Below, piece by piece: positions 1-32,902 of a stretch of 64,000 bases of DNA. Positions within the stretch are counted from its first letter, which is position 1. Every line of letters starts with the position of its first letter. The stretch covers positions 8,653,059-8,717,058 of the forward strand of contig CAVNZM010000002.1 of assembly GCA_963693365.1 (NCBI GenBank). The letters run 5' to 3'. The notes under the pieces were generated by a model. The model made no database searches. It was given only the letters and a program-made list of their open reading frames with translations, and was not told the DNA's origin. A program made the translations under genes and the position numbers. This DNA is from Amoebidium appalachense (lineage: Eukaryota > Protista > Ichthyosporea).

Positions 1-385
1 ATGGGAGTAAGGGTTTTAGGCAAAAGGGGTGGCATGCAGGTGATCAATAGGGGTTGACTCGAGTTCCTTTTTTCCTTGTATGTAGTAAGTTTTGCACTGA
101 TTGATCGGCGCACGATCGAATTATTGGGTGCGCAAGAGAAACAACGCCTTATTTAGTGATAAGTAGCCAACATCAAGTTCGTGGTCTGCATCACCAGGTG
201 GTTGTTACTGTGGTAGTGTCAAGTAGCTAAGACAGAATCATTATCTGCAACGAACTGTGGCGACATGTCAAGATATGGAGGTAAGGAATTCTTGGCGTAA
301 GAGAGAAGAGAGGGGGGCGATAGAGCTGTTGGCGTGTGTTTTAGAAGAGCATTTTGTGTGTGTGTGCGTGTGCGTGCGTGTACGC

Positions 386-510
<125 letters not shown>

Positions 511-1428
511 GTGTGGGTATGTGTTTTCGTGTGTGTATTTGTGTGTGTGTACATTTGTGTGCGTGTGTGTGTTTGTGTGTGCGCTCGTGTGTATGTGCGT
601 GCCCGTGTGTGTATTTTTTTTTTTTTTGTGTGTGTGTGTGTGTGTTTGTGTGTGTTAGTTACAAATTTGTGTTTGTGTAGTTGCTTGTTTATGTGCTGGC
701 TGGTGTGCTTGCGTGCATGCGTGGGCTCCTGTGTGTGCTTTCTCATTTTTGCGTGTGCACACACCATCATGGGGTGTTGTGTTCACATGCATCAGCTTGG
801 GTATGCTTGCGGATGTGTTTGATTTTGATTTTTTGCCTTCATGCACCTGTATTATGTGTGTGTGTGTGTGCATACTTGCAAAACCGTAAACGCTTGTGCA
901 TGTGATTGGGATTTTGTGGTCGGGATGAAGGGAAAGGGAGCGGGAGGGAGGGAGGGGGGGGGGGGAGGGGAAGAGGAGGGGGGGGGGGGGGGGGGGGGGG
1001 GGGAGGAGGAGGAGGGGGAGGGGGGAGGAGGAGGGAAAGAGGTGCGGGGGGAAAGAGGGGGGGAGAGGGGGGGGGGGGGGGGGGGACAGGGATTGGTACG
1101 TCGCCAGTGAGGGGAGGAAACCAGGGAAGAATAGTCTTGCTGTGCTTTCCTGCTTGGGTTTTGTTTGGACATCCACACCGAGGCTCTTTTTTTTTGGGGG
1201 GGGGGGGGGGGGGGGGGGAGGGGGGGAGGGGGAGGTGGGGGTGGGGGAAGGGGGAGGGGGGAGGGGTAGACGGGACGGGACTGGAGAGTGGAATTAACGG
1301 TTTTGTTTGGGGAGGGGGGGGGGGGGGGGGGGTGGAAGAGACAAAACGGTTGGGGGGCCTGCGTGGGAATTGTTTTCCTTCACTTTCCTTTTCTGTGTGT
1401 CCAACCCCCCCCCCCCCCTTTTTTGTTC

Positions 1429-1663
<235 letters not shown>

Positions 1664-1848
1664 AAATTTTGGGGGGGGGGGGGGGGGGGGGGGGGGGCTT
1701 AGGGAGAAAACGAAATGGACATACGTCATCTGGAGGGTGCGCATTTGGTGGAAGGTAGCAATTGTGCAGTTTCCCTTGCTCATGGCAGCTAGGTAAAAAG
1801 AGTGAGATCCTATTCCTGCAACCAAATTTCTGAAACTAAGTTCCTCAG

Positions 1849-20096
<18,248 letters not shown>

Positions 20097-20138
20097 TATT
20101 CCTTCACCTTCCCCCCCGCCCACCCACTCACACATACA

Positions 20139-20200
<62 letters not shown>

Positions 20201-20234
20201 CACGCGTGCACACACACACACACTCAAACTCACA

Positions 20235-20320
<86 letters not shown>

Positions 20321-20324
20321 GCGT

Positions 20325-20371
<47 letters not shown>

Positions 20372-21473
20372 CATATACACTCATGCACGAGTATCGATTT
20401 TACGCTCCGAGCAGAATCTGATTTGCGGCACAATACACAAGACATCATTGAAGTGTTGAAACCAGGATTTACTTGGTATGGACTTTCGACCGTTGCTGCT
20501 TTGATCAAAGAATCCCTCTTGCTACAATCACTGGTGGCGTTTTGCTAGGATTAGGGGGGTCAAGCTTTTATTTGTAAACCTATGATTAATTTTAACTTAA
20601 GAAATAAGCTTGCTATGCCTATTGCTATTAGATCACTATCGTGCACCTTCTGCCATGATCAGAATTTCTTGTTCTTTTCTTTCTTTCTTTCTTTCTTTTT
20701 TTTTAATATTTTTTTTTTAGTTCTGCCATATTTTTTTTCTGCCTTCGATCTGTTGTGTAATCGGAATGAATGTGTTTTGGGTGTGCCTTGTGGAAGGTAT
20801 AGATTTCAAGTCTTTTTTTGTGTTTTTACACGTACTTGCAAACATTGTGGCTAGTGAACTGCTGATGCTCATGCCGATGTTTAGGGGGGATCCCCTTGGC
20901 ATCAATTTACGTATGAACTTCCTAATAACGGTTTGTCGTTAATGTCGCACTTGGGGTGTTGGCCTGTTGGCCGGAGGGAGCCCCCAATAAATTTCATGGA
21001 TTCCCCCTGAGTCTAACCTGTCTTGATATGTGGACCAATTACCGCAGTAGTAAAAAAAGAAGAAGAAAAATCTTGAAATAATGGAATCGTAAAATGTTTT
21101 TCTGAACTTTACAGAAAATTTTAAATGTGTTACGAATAATAGAATTTGGGTGTTAGTTAAATACAGTGTCGTTCGATGGGGGTTTATAAGCACAATTTAT
21201 TGCTAACGGACATCGTCTGGGGCCTAGCCTCGCTTGTCGTTCGATTGTACAATGACGGTCCACTTACACAGGGTTTTTTTTTGTTTTTTTTTTTTCTTTT
21301 TTGAGAGGGGGGGGGGATGTCTGTAAGTTGTTACATCGTACGGTACCGTATGATGTATGTCCAGAATACAATGATGTTAATCACCCTTCTCCCCCCTCCC
21401 CCCCCCCCCCCAGCCCCTCCCCCCCCCCCCCTTCCCCTCCCCCTCCCCCCCCCCCTCCCCCCCCCCCCCCTCC

Positions 21474-21504
<31 letters not shown>

Positions 21505-23357
21505 AAAAAAAAAACCACCACCACCACCAACACACACACACACACACCCGTCCACTGACCGTGCATCATGCTTTCGCTCTCCCCACCCCTCAGCCTTCAT
21601 CGCGAGATTATGGTAAGGCTTGGAATAATCACGTCTGTGTGTAAACGGGTATGACGCCTTTGAGTCTTTGAGTGTTTGTACATGTCAAGTTCATTTTTGT
21701 GTGTGTGTGCCTGAGCACGCAGCTGGTCATATATAATGATCGGCTGCATCTGTGCCTCAGCACATGTACGCATACACACACATGCCCTCAAGTTGAACTT
21801 TCGCTGTGTTTGTGTACGTATCAGTGTGTGTACGTGTGTGTGTGTGCGTGACACTGTGTGTGTGTGTTTGTGTGTGTGCACGTGTGTACGTACGTACATG
21901 TGGGTGTGTGTGTGTGTGTGTGTTCACGTCACCGTGACCGTCACGATGTGTTTGGCACATGTACATGTGCACATTCGATAGTATATTCTCAATGCGCAGA
22001 GTTGTGTGTAGCCATGACCCGTTGGTAAGTTATAATTACATCCGGGCTGCATGTGCAGCATTTTTTTTTTTAAAAAAAGGGGGGGTATGTCTCTCTCTCT
22101 CTCTCTGTGTGTGTGTGTGGGTGTGCGCGTGCACGTGTGTGTAGTGTGTGCGCGCGCGCGCCCGTATGCGTGTGCGTGTGCACGTGCATGTGCGTGTCTG
22201 CTTGTGTGCATTCATATATGTGCCGTGTGTGTAGTGGCCACATGATCGGTGTTTTTTTTTTGTGTGTGTGTGATGCATCGGGAGGGCCGGGAGGGAGGGA
22301 GAGGGGAGGGGGGGGGGGGGGGGGGGGGGTTATGACCTACAATCCACAAGTCAGTGTACATACAACGACGGCTATGTATTTTTATTTTCTATCACCTGAC
22401 ACAGCACGCCCAGTATGAACTGATGAGATTAGAATGAGCTATGGCAGGGTATATGGTCGTGGGATGGTATACATTAACATATGCACAATCGGATCATCTA
22501 ACGAGGAAAGATCAGCTACCTAAAAAAAAAGAAAGGAAAAGAAAAGAACAAACATGGGAACATATGAGCTCGAATGGTTACCGTAATCGCTGTCGCTGTG
22601 TCATTAATACCATGCATAATACAGTTCTATGTGTTTACAGATGGATAAAACATCTGAATAGAATCTGGTGCACACTGTGCACACAGGAATCGTCCAGAAC
22701 GTCTAGTGATCTGATCAAACCAGCGCACCTATACATATTGAACCGCACTAGTTAGTCTACTTAACGTCACAATAAAAGTGTTTCTATAAGGCTTTGGGGT
22801 AAAAAACCATTTCATACACAAGCCACATCACTCCCTTTTCCACGTATTTCAAGGGGAATATACAAAATAAGTAATGCCGTTCCACCTTGAGTGTAGAAAA
22901 GCAACAAATCCAGACAAGAGTGGGCGATCCTTCCAGATATTCTACGTCTCCATACCTAAAAAAAGAAATTCTAACATCCTGATGCATCAGCCCTAACAAT
23001 TGTAGCAAGTTGTGATTGTACCTTTTGCAACGTGTCATACACAAATATCCTTTTGTCACTTTCATGCCGAATTGGTTCCCTAACCCAGTCTGTTTTGCGG
23101 TTTACAGCAACTGTATTGTAAACCTCAAGGGGGCCCAAAAAAGGAGAAAAAGAAGAAGAAGAAGAGAGTTTACCCGAACTGACCGGTGCCACACCAAATA
23201 AAACGCCAATTGCAAATAGGAAAACCAGAATAAAAAAAATAAATGAAAGCAGACAAAAAAAAACTAGTGGATAAACACCAAGCGCCCTCATATTACAGTA
23301 AAACTCACGACAAACTCGTATTTCCGAAACTACATGTACCTCAAATCGCTGATTGTC

Positions 23358-25567
23358 TCAATCGAGCGGAGGTGACACCGGCCTGTAGATGTTTCCGACT
23401 TGCTGTGCAGACGGAGGGGGCTTGAACAGCGACTGTCCCTGCACGCATTCCGATCCCGAATTTGTCAAAACTGATTGGTTTCCCATGTTCCCGCTTGAAT
23501 TCGATTTGCTGCTGCCGCCGCTCCAGGGGGACCCCCCGGCCCGATCCGCCGCCTCCGATAGGACACTCATTGCGGCTTCGGTAAGTGCGCGAAGTCCGTC
23601 GAAACCGTCCCCGGCATACTGCATGTACGTTCCTGGTACGTGATTGGTTCGTTGCTGCCTTGCCGGCGGATCGGAGGAGACTGCCGACGTTGCGCTGCGG
23701 TCGGTGCTCTTGTTGGAATTTGACGATTGATAGGACCCCCCCATGGTGCTGCTGTCGTTGTTGCCGCTTGAATTTCCGCTCTCGTGGGTGCTGCTACCGT
23801 TGTTGGACCCCCCCTCGCCCTCTCCACCGCTCGAGCTGTTTTCAGGAACAGACTGCCGGCTGTCCCTTCCGCCGCCGCCGCCGCTGCCGTCGCCGCCACC
23901 TGATTCCGTACGCGAAATTCTCCGCGGGGGTTGTGTAGCCCCCCCATGTGTCTTGTGGTGCATCCGCTTGAGCCCCCCCGATCTTTCGGCCTTGGCACCT
24001 CCTCCCGCGAAATTACCCTCCTCGCTATCGCCGACACCGCCGGCCAATGACGTCGCGGTACTTTGCGCACTTGCGCCGTCACCGCCGCCGTTCCATTGGC
24101 CGCTGCCGTTTGAGGACTGTGTCGTCGTTGTTGTCCCAGTACGACCCTCGCACGGCTTCAGCGTGTCGGAGAAATACCTCTTGAACCACGCCTGCGCCGT
24201 GCCGCTACTTATGCTCTCGCGGTTTTTCTCGCCGGTGTTTTCCGCCAACGTCTGCTGGTGCAAGTTGAAGCGTACGCGTAGGGAGCTCTCGTTGTCACCT
24301 TGTATGCACCTCATTTCGTCCGTCAGGCGGTAGACGGGTTTCTTGCTTTGCGGGTGGAAGTGGTCGACGGAGCGGTGGGTGCGGACATAGTCGATGAATT
24401 GTTGCAACGTCTCGGGCCGTTTGCTGTTGTTGCTGCGGCGGCCGCACAGACCGTGCTGGATGGTGTTGCCGGCCATGTTGTTCTGTGGGTGGTGATTAGT
24501 GTAGTTCACAGTGTTTTTGTTTCAGTTTCACTTCAAGTTTCGCTACCGTTCTTTTCTTTTACATTTAAAAACCTGCTGATGGTTGGGTATCAGGGTGCAC
24601 GACCCACCCACTATTGCTGGTTTGACAGCCGGTGTACACATCTTTTCATGTGTGTGAGATAGGTATAGAGATGAGAGAATAAATCTACAGGTAGCAGGAT
24701 TGAATACATGAAGACCAGAAACCTCCCCCCCCCCCCCCCCCCAAAAAAAACAAACAAAAAAAAACAAAACAACAACAGACATTTCAGAGAATTAGGAGGC
24801 TAAACTCACAAACACAGGCCAACCAATCTATCTTTTCCCTTTGTTTTGTTTTCCCTTCCATTCTTTCTTTCTTCTCTTTTTTTCCCCCGGAAGATGGTGC
24901 ATGTGTGTGTGAAGGGGGGGGGGGGGGGGGGGAATATCACCTGCTGCCTGTCCCTCAGCCTTCTCAGTCTCCCCTTTGATATCCCAAACGCCCTCAAGAT
25001 GCAGTCCGAGTGGTACAGGCACTGCCCCTTGTCGTCAAACACAATCTTCAGGAGCATGTCGTTCTGTTTCTTAAGGTCAGGCTTCCCCCCGTCCTTTCTG
25101 ATGGCGAAAAAAGGCTCCACGTGACGGTTCAACTTGTCGAGGCATCCCTCTTTGCACATGTGCCTCAATGGAAACCTCCCGGCCTTCATTCCATGACCCA
25201 CCACACCCGCACTCACGCCGCCGCCGCCACCGCCAGATCCGTCGGCCGTGGCGAAACCGTGTACCTCGTCCATATTCGCGCCGCTACTCCTTCGGCTGGT
25301 CGACAGACGTTGCCTCTTGACGAACTTTTCCTCTTCTTCAGTGTCATTGTCCTCCTCTTCCCCACTGTCGCTCTCATCGGAATCGGATGGCATGTCGATG
25401 GGTAGGGCGAGGGGGAGGAATGGGTTTTGCACGGCACGCTTGAAGTGTTTGTTGTCCATGTTGCCATGTACGTGGTAGGAGGGGACGGGACGTTCATGGT
25501 TGGCGGGGTGGTTGTTGGGGTTTGGCGGAGGCGGGCTGGAGGCGGAGAGCGCGGCATTGTGCGCTTG

Positions 25568-25599
<32 letters not shown>

Positions 25600-25661
25600 A
25601 TGGGTGTGTGTGTGTGTATGTGCGCACGTGTATGTGTGTGTGTACGTGTGAGTGTGAGTGA

Positions 25662-25697
<36 letters not shown>

Positions 25698-26719
25698 CTG
25701 TGTGTGTGTGTGTGTGTGCACGTGTGTGTTTGTATGCACGTGTGTGTGTGTGTGTGCAAGTGGGAGCGCACACGTGAGGGTGTACAAGATGGAAACATGT
25801 GACCACTTAGCCAATGATACTCATTTAAAGGGAGTTCGCAGGTTAGTTCATAATGTTGATGTGTGTGTAGGCTTGTGGAAAAAAAAATATAAATGCATGC
25901 TGCCAGAGAAGTCACGGATGGCTGACCACAAGTTCGAAACAAAAAGAGACAAATTCATGCTACAGATAATAGTCTATGACATCGTTACCTAGAACTATCA
26001 TAACTAGCATCATAATATATTTCCAATGATGCTCTCATCAACGATTGCAAAAGGGGTCCAATAGGATCTGTTCTGTGCAGCTGCAAAAAAAGCCATGTGC
26101 ATGTGTTTCGCTCGTCGAACACAGTCCAACAGTAACAACGTTAACACTATCTCACCCGTGATAAAAACAAATGTAAAATAAGAAACATTGCAGACTCACC
26201 CACCAAAGCTCTCCGGGTGTAGTCAAATACCGATAACACTTTAGGAACAACTGATTGGCTCCCATAAAGTACTTTTCTTCCCTCAAAACTTGGTCAGCAG
26301 AACAGCTTGCTCCAAAAGCACACGGCTCCCTCCAATGATCTACATGAAACAAACCAACAAAAAAAACCAGCAAAAAAAATAAGACAGAGCAAAAAAAAAC
26401 ACACTATCCCACCTAAATAATCGCGTTGCTCGCCTGGGTGCTGAATCTCGCTACTCGCCCGCCTAACATCCTGCTGCCATTCGGCAACTTTGTTGTGGTG
26501 TGTGTGGTGTGAGGAGGGGGGGTGATAGGTATATGGGGCCTTAAACGAATCATTTTGCGTATAAAAGCTCTCCCCTTGTGTTCTGCCTGTCCCCTGTCCA
26601 TAATGGGTATTACCCTCCCTGTCAGAAGGGTAGGGCCCGGCCTGGCCCGGGTTATAAGTGTAGCTCACACTCCTAGAGCTATTTTGATACAACTCGTCTT
26701 TCTCCCAAGGTCTATGCAT
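23358..26719 (-). CDS. Uncharacterised 4-exon protein, mostly low-complexity, with a central Cys/His-containing helical domain (possibly DNA-binding, transposase-derived)
   Basis: Exons 26719-26413 (ATG), 26339-26200, 25567-24941, 24482-23358 (TGA) join with GT-AG sites and consistent phases; GC-rich, non-repetitive coding-like sequence; acidic patch and basic KRQR motif. Confidence 0.75.
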
Positions 26720-27140
26720 ACTGCTAACACAAAACGACTTCTATTGTTTTCTGTGGGCGGGTTGTGTGTGTCACATTATGAACTACTGCACCTGGCTACT
26801 TTTCAGGTGCCGTGTGTGTATTTGTGTGGGAGAACTGGTGAAAAAACCGACCAAAAAAATATCTGTGGGCGGTGGTTTCATTCCACTGTGTGTGGTAAAC
26901 ATAACGTACTTTCCCGACCGCCCGTTTATTGTAACCTTGTGTGGGAACCAAAAGCAGGTATAGATTTTTCTTCACAACTTGATGCAAAGCTGTATTGGTC
27001 CTTATTGCTTGCGCACTTTCTAAAGGAAAAAAGAAAAAGAAAAAAAGGGCAGGAAAAACGAGAGAGTTGGGTCAACGAAACAGATATGCAACAGATAAAA
27101 CGGAGCACGTTCGGTCGACTCCTGCGTCTTCTACAACGCG

Positions 27141-27237
27141 ATTGGCTAGAGTAAGCAATGACCTTAAGCCAATCATAACATATGCAATCTTATTTTGTAC
27201 CAATCAGTTACTGATATGTTGAAAGACCCTGACCAAT
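27141..27237. promoter_or_regulatory. Cluster of four CCAAT boxes upstream of the minus-strand gene starting at 26719
   Basis: ATTGG 27141, CCAAT 27169, 27200, 27233, spaced about 28-33 bp. Confidence 0.4.
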
Positions 27238-28588
27238 AAGAGATGCATGATTCCAAAATGATATTGCCGTATGCTGACACAGAGCAAATCAATTTACTCT
27301 TTGCCTCGAGTAAACAGCGTAAACCCCCTCCATGGCATCTGGCCCGAGATCGATAAGTTACCTCGTTTTCGTCGCGCAGTAAAATAGCAGTTTGAAGGTG
27401 TAGGAAATACACTATCGAAATTCAATAAAACAGTTTTTCTGCTATTTATTAGAATGATTCTTTTTATGGGCAAAGTAGCCGGCTCTCTTGATGCGCAAGG
27501 TAAATGATTACGCCTGGCTGTTGTCACACAACTTGGTTGGGATTCCATTGGCTCAGGATCACATGAGCTGCAGGTTACTCACCGCAACAAGGTGATCGAG
27601 GGGCAAAAGAACAGCAACATTTGCACGTTTCCACATGTCCATCAAATCATCCATTTGAATGTGTATTGTTAAGTAAGTGCATACACATATGCAACATAAC
27701 GTATTCTAAGAAATATCATGTTATTTGGACAACATATCAACGCTATTTAACTCATTTTCAGCTTCACAAAACTATGACACTACGAGAGCGAAGCAAATAT
27801 ACTTGTTTTGAAAACTTATAGAAGATCCGTTTGCCGGCACTCCCCTGATTGAACATCAAGCAGAATCGGCTCACGCTACGGTGAATTTGATTGGTGCCAG
27901 CTTCCTTCAGATCTCAGCCCAAGCTCAGTTGCTCTGACTTGGCAACTTGCTCACGTGTACTACGTCGTGTAGTACACTACTACACTGAAATCCAGGCAAA
28001 TTTTTTATCAAATTGATATATTTTTTATATATAAAAATAATAATCAACTTTTTTTGACTCCATAGAAAACCTGACAATCTCCAAAAGTCGCGAAGGTGAC
28101 ATCTGAGTCCCCCGGCTGCACTCTCCGCTACGCGCGTGCGTGACTGAGTCTAACTAGGCAGCACGCAACCATATAAGTTCCGCGTCTTGCAACATTTCAG
28201 AAGTATCATGACGTCACAGGGGTGTGTGTAGACTGCTGTGGGTGCCACGGTGCACATCAGACTGATCGACGATGCGTGTGTTTGTGTGTGACACGTGCGT
28301 GTCTCTCTCTCTGTGTGTGTATGTGTGTGTGTGTGTATGTATCTATGTCTGTGTGTGTGTGTGTGTATGTATGTCTATGTGTGCGCGTGTGTTTGTGTAT
28401 GTGTGTGTGTGTGTGTATACGCGCGCGCGCGCGTGTGTGTGTGTGTCTTAATATAATACATGTGTGTGTGTCTGGTATGTGTGTGTGTGTAAGTGTGTGT
28501 GTATGTGTGTGTATATGTGTCTGTACGTGTGTGTGTGTGTGTGTGTGTGTGTGTACATGTGTGTGCGTGTCAGTGTGGGTGTGTCTGT

Positions 28589-28768
<180 letters not shown>

Positions 28769-28856
28769 TGCCTGTGCCAGGAAGTACGTACCCCGGTGAC
28801 CAACGGTGGGGCCGCACAGCCGAGTGGGGCCGAGCCTAGTGATCACTAGGCCTCAA

Positions 28857-28896
<40 letters not shown>

Positions 28897-29004
28897 GTGC
28901 GTGCATGGTTATTCAGTAAGTTATTTATATTTATTTTTATTTTATTCAAGTATTTATTAAGTTTTTATTTTATTTTTATAATTTTTGTTTTTTATTTTGT
29001 TCTT

Positions 29005-29042
<38 letters not shown>

Positions 29043-29335
29043 TGATAGTATATACGGGCTAATTAGGTCGAGCTCGGCGCAAGGCCTCCTATTAATAAGT
29101 AAACATGTTTACTTATATTATTAAGTAAACATGTTTACTTATAGGCGTTGGCTCGTCGCAAGAGATCCAGAGAAAGAGGAAAATTCGGACTTGAAATGAT
29201 ATTATTATGGTGTGCCATGCATGGCCAACACGCACTGCGCTGGCCGTTTGCACTACATTATATAACGTAAGAGGATAAACCGGCATATTGATATCTATGA
29301 TGCAGCCGGTCACCTGTGACTAACCCCCCTGCCCT

Positions 29336-29375
<40 letters not shown>

Positions 29376-29643
29376 ATCACCACCACCACCACCACCACCA
29401 CCACCACCACCAAAAAAAAAAAAAAAACGATAATATCATGGCATCATAATCATGAATCGGCACTTCGGAACAACAAACTAAACATCTGGTATAGTAATTT
29501 ACATACTGTAGGACGCGCTAGGCATGTAGAATGTGAGTAGCTATTCATGCCAGGCTGCCGGATACTCAATATCCCACTTGAGTACATAGCAAGGAGGCTA
29601 TAGTAAACTTATTAAAAGTGAGTCAACGATTTAATGAATAAAA

Positions 29644-30479
29644 TCACACACCCCCTATGCCCCCCGCCTGACTACATTCATGTACAATGTCCCCTGCACT
29701 CGACTGCCCATACAACCGGCCTTGGGAATGCCTCTCCTGTCTGGGCCACAACAATATGCTGTATAACACGGCATCAAAAATCCCCCCCAAATTTACCGTA
29801 ATAGCCTGGAAAATCGCAAGCGGCGTGTTTGTACACCCCCCAACCACTGAAAAGGCTATGTATACGGAATAAGGAAGCCACTGAATTGAAAAAACCAGTC
29901 CGAAAAACAAGAAAAAAATAGCCAATCTCTGCATGGCTTGCACCTTTTCAGGGTCCGGGTCCCTTGCCGAATTACCGGGAATTTGGCTGCCAGATTCGAC
30001 ATCTCTGGACGAAGCCACACAAGGCCCAATCGATCGGAAGAGGTTGCTGCCCCATGACTTGATCTGCGGCAGTGCAGCCGGTAAGGGGTAATGAATTGTG
30101 CATCATGTGTTAATTGTAAGGTTTTAAAGTTATTTTTTATATTAAAGTTTATTGTAGGTTCAGATACCCAAGAGATAAACTCAAGCTCGGACAGCGCACC
30201 GCTACTGAATCATTAAACTAAACATTAGCGGCGCAAATTCGTATCATTTATGTGCAACATTTGGAAATCCCCCCCGCCGCACCCCAGAGTCCTCCCCCCC
30301 CCACTCCCCCCCCCCCCCCCCCCCCTCTCTCCCTCCACCGGGTGATCTTTCCAACACACAACTTTGCTGTTGTCCCCACACTGGGTGATCTGATTCAAGT
30401 CCCGGTACGATGATAAAGCGTGACACTGTGACTATGCTAATGTTCTACCCCCCCCCCCCCCCCCCCTTCCCCCCAGAGG

Positions 30480-30561
<82 letters not shown>

Positions 30562-30577
30562 GGTTTTTGTGCTGCCT

Positions 30578-30627
<50 letters not shown>

Positions 30628-31179
30628 CCCTCCCACCTCTCCCTTTTCCCCCTTCTCCCCCATATAGTCTAACGGCATAGGCACATAATTGCACGGTCCG
30701 TTTTGACCCTCTGTCCCAATCACTCAGCAGTACCTCGTCAATACACAGTTGCCTATGTAAACCTTTGCTTCCCCCTCCTCCCCCCCGTCCCCCCCCCTCC
30801 CCCCCCCCCCCCCCCCCCCCCCCCCGGCGCCCCAGCCCCCCCCCCCCCCTCCCCCCCCGGCGCCCCAGCCCCCCCGCGCCCCCTTCCCCACACATACACA
30901 CACGTGCCTTGACCTTAAAGACATAACCTTATGCACACATACACACACACGACCTTAAAGACATAGGCTTATGCACACCGTACCACCCACAATGCACATC
31001 TACACAGTGACAGAAAGAATCCACTCATACAGCCGTCCATACCCCACTGACTCACTGACTGGCAAACATATACCTCCCTCCCCCCCCCCCCCCCCCCCTC
31101 CCCTCCCACCCCCTCCCCCCCCTCCCACCCCCGCCCCCCGCCCTTAAAAAAAAAAAAAGGAAGAAAAAACCTTTTTCTC

Positions 31180-31250
<71 letters not shown>

Positions 31251-32851
31251 GATATTGATAAACCACCACCGCCAACCCACCATGATGAACTTTGCCACTC
31301 AAGTTATTCCTAGCAAGCTAGACCAAAAGGATGGGTGATTGCGGCTATCACCTCACAGCAACACCCAATCCTACGGGTCGAATAGCCATTTAATGTTAAA
31401 TTAAGCAAACGGTTAAATACTGAGTGTGGCACAGACCGTGAGGAGAGTTTTAAAATGATATTAAAGACATACCTTCGAACTCCAAGAAGACCCGATCGCA
31501 GGTTCCCGATTCGAGATTTCAATCCCCTCATTGCGTATAACGGGCACCGGGGCGGTAAATATATCACTAAGCTCGGTTTCTATTGGCTCCGGATCAGGTG
31601 CTTCCACATGTATCACCGAATGTGAATTTTCAAATCGCACCGGCTGCCTAATCGAACTCCTTAAATTGCGATTTACGGCCTCGGTACCCGTCCGACTCTC
31701 TCGATATTCCTGGCCGGTCAGGCCCGCATCCGGATGGGAGATTTCCATTGCATTTCCCCTTTGCTCTCTGTGCGCGCGTGCCGAATTTCGGTGCAATCGC
31801 ACCGATCGAGCGAGAATCTTCATTGACCATATATGACAACAGCCACCGATTAGGAGCAATACCATTGGTCCGACAACACTAAGCAGTATTAGTAACGTTT
31901 TGCTGTGCTGCATACCGCACCTGTCCCTCTTGATCCCGTACATGTTGAGGAAAAATGGGGGGAATGTGCACGCTAGGGGGATTGGAAGAAATATGAGAAA
32001 GGAAAATAGTAGATATATCCAGTGAGACGGTCGACCCCCCTTGAGCGTACACAGCAGAATAAACCCCATCCAAGTGCTTGAAAGTACGTTGCTCAAAACG
32101 GCAAATTCCCATACGAACCCTATTACATGACATCCAAATGGCGTCGCGGGATATTCACCAATTGGAACTTCGCAGAGAATAGCGCACACCGCCAGTAATA
32201 GATCGGATGTGCAGATGTACGCCGGAAAATATTGGATAATGGACATACTATCTGGGAGAAGATAACGCCGGACGGCGGTGGCGAATAGAATCGCAACACA
32301 TGCGGTGAGGCTTGAAACCGCAGTGGCGAACGCGGATATCTGCGTGGTGGTGGATATGTCAGAATTTGAGTATTTATTGACAGAGAATTTGGGTGTATCT
32401 CAATGAGAAAGCCCCCCCTCCCCCCTCCTGCCATTCCCCCCGGGAGTCCCTCCTCCTCCCCTCTCCCGGACCCTCAACCTTCCCCCTCTCCCCCCCCCCC
32501 CCCCCTCGCTCCCAGCTCCCCCCTCCCCCCCCCCCTTGCCGCCGCCGCCGTGATCTCTTCCTTCCTCCCCCCCCCCCCTCCCCCCTCCCCACTCCCGCCT
32601 CCCGGGGCCTCAACCTAGGTCCTCCCCTCTCCCCTCCTCTCCTCAAACACCCCCCCCCCCCCCCCCCCCCCTTCCAACACACATACGCACATGCACACAC
32701 GCTACCACCACCACGACCACCCTAACACTTGGTTATGTTTGTGGTATATGTTTGTGTGTGTTTGGGGGGAGAAGTGGGGTGGGCGGGAGGGTGGGTTTTT
32801 TCTTTTTTTTTTTTTTTCTTTTCTTTTTTTTTTTCGTTTGTTTTTTTTTTC

Positions 32852-32902
<51 letters not shown>

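Noticed and set aside
1090-1190. Peptide CFPAWV resembling human GCP2 IFPAWV
   Set aside because: No usable donor follows, and exon 1849-1916 (RPAVGDY) already fits the neighbouring region; cannot be supported as an exon.
26522-27154. 210-aa + strand ORF
   Set aside because: Antisense to the first coding exon and 5' region of the minus-strand gene, GTG start, no recognisable motif.
29644-32246. Two separate membrane-protein genes (ORFs 29644-30018 and 31461-32246)
   Set aside because: They join in frame through a GT-AG intron (31472-30064) to make one 7TM receptor.
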